IMG/VR virus record: IMGVR_UViG_3300033513_000019
Coordinates: 1 to 43,794 of that record
Origin: a virus
Taxonomy: Duplodnaviria > Caudoviricetes
DNA length: 43,794 nucleotides
Reading direction: 5' to 3' (one strand)
The notes under the pieces are model-generated. The model searched no databases and was not told the DNA's origin. It saw only the letters and a list, made by a program, of their open reading frames with translations. The position numbers were made by a program, and so were the translations under genes. Below, piece by piece: positions 43,794 to 43,794 of this stretch (its first letter is position 1; the number at the start of each line of letters is the position of its first letter).

Positions 43794-43794
43794 A

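Overview
The window looks like one complete ~43.8 kb genome of a contractile-tailed (myovirus-type) phage. It is probably cut at its cos site: an 11-bp terminal direct repeat GGTGATGTACC joins into the dyad TATGGCGGG-gtgatgta-CCCGCCATA, just upstream of terS. The plus strand (0.5-21.6 kb) holds small early genes, parA/parB, an Arc-like repressor, a SprT-like protein, a TOPRIM primase-helicase, a VRR-NUC-like nuclease, a GIY-YIG endonuclease, an SF2 helicase and a YqaJ/RecT pair. The minus strand (43.7-21.6 kb) holds a lambda-like packaging module (TerS, DNA MTase, GpA-type TerL, gpW, portal), a holin/C39-peptidase lysis block, an S49 protease, a Mu gpT-like capsid, a Mu-like contractile tail and baseplate, a tail fibre and spanins. 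No integrase or CI repressor is visible, so a phage-plasmid lifestyle is inferred. The host is a diderm, possibly a spirochaete (weak inference). The most unusual elements are non-coding: a ~430-nt structured locus (8327-8756) with two non-canonical tRNA-like units carrying the alanine G3-U70/A73 identity, a type I hammerhead ribozyme candidate (21228-21297), a structured uORF leader ahead of the head genes, and a self-promoted BRCT + KGG moron. All protein family calls come from motif recognition by eye, not database searches.
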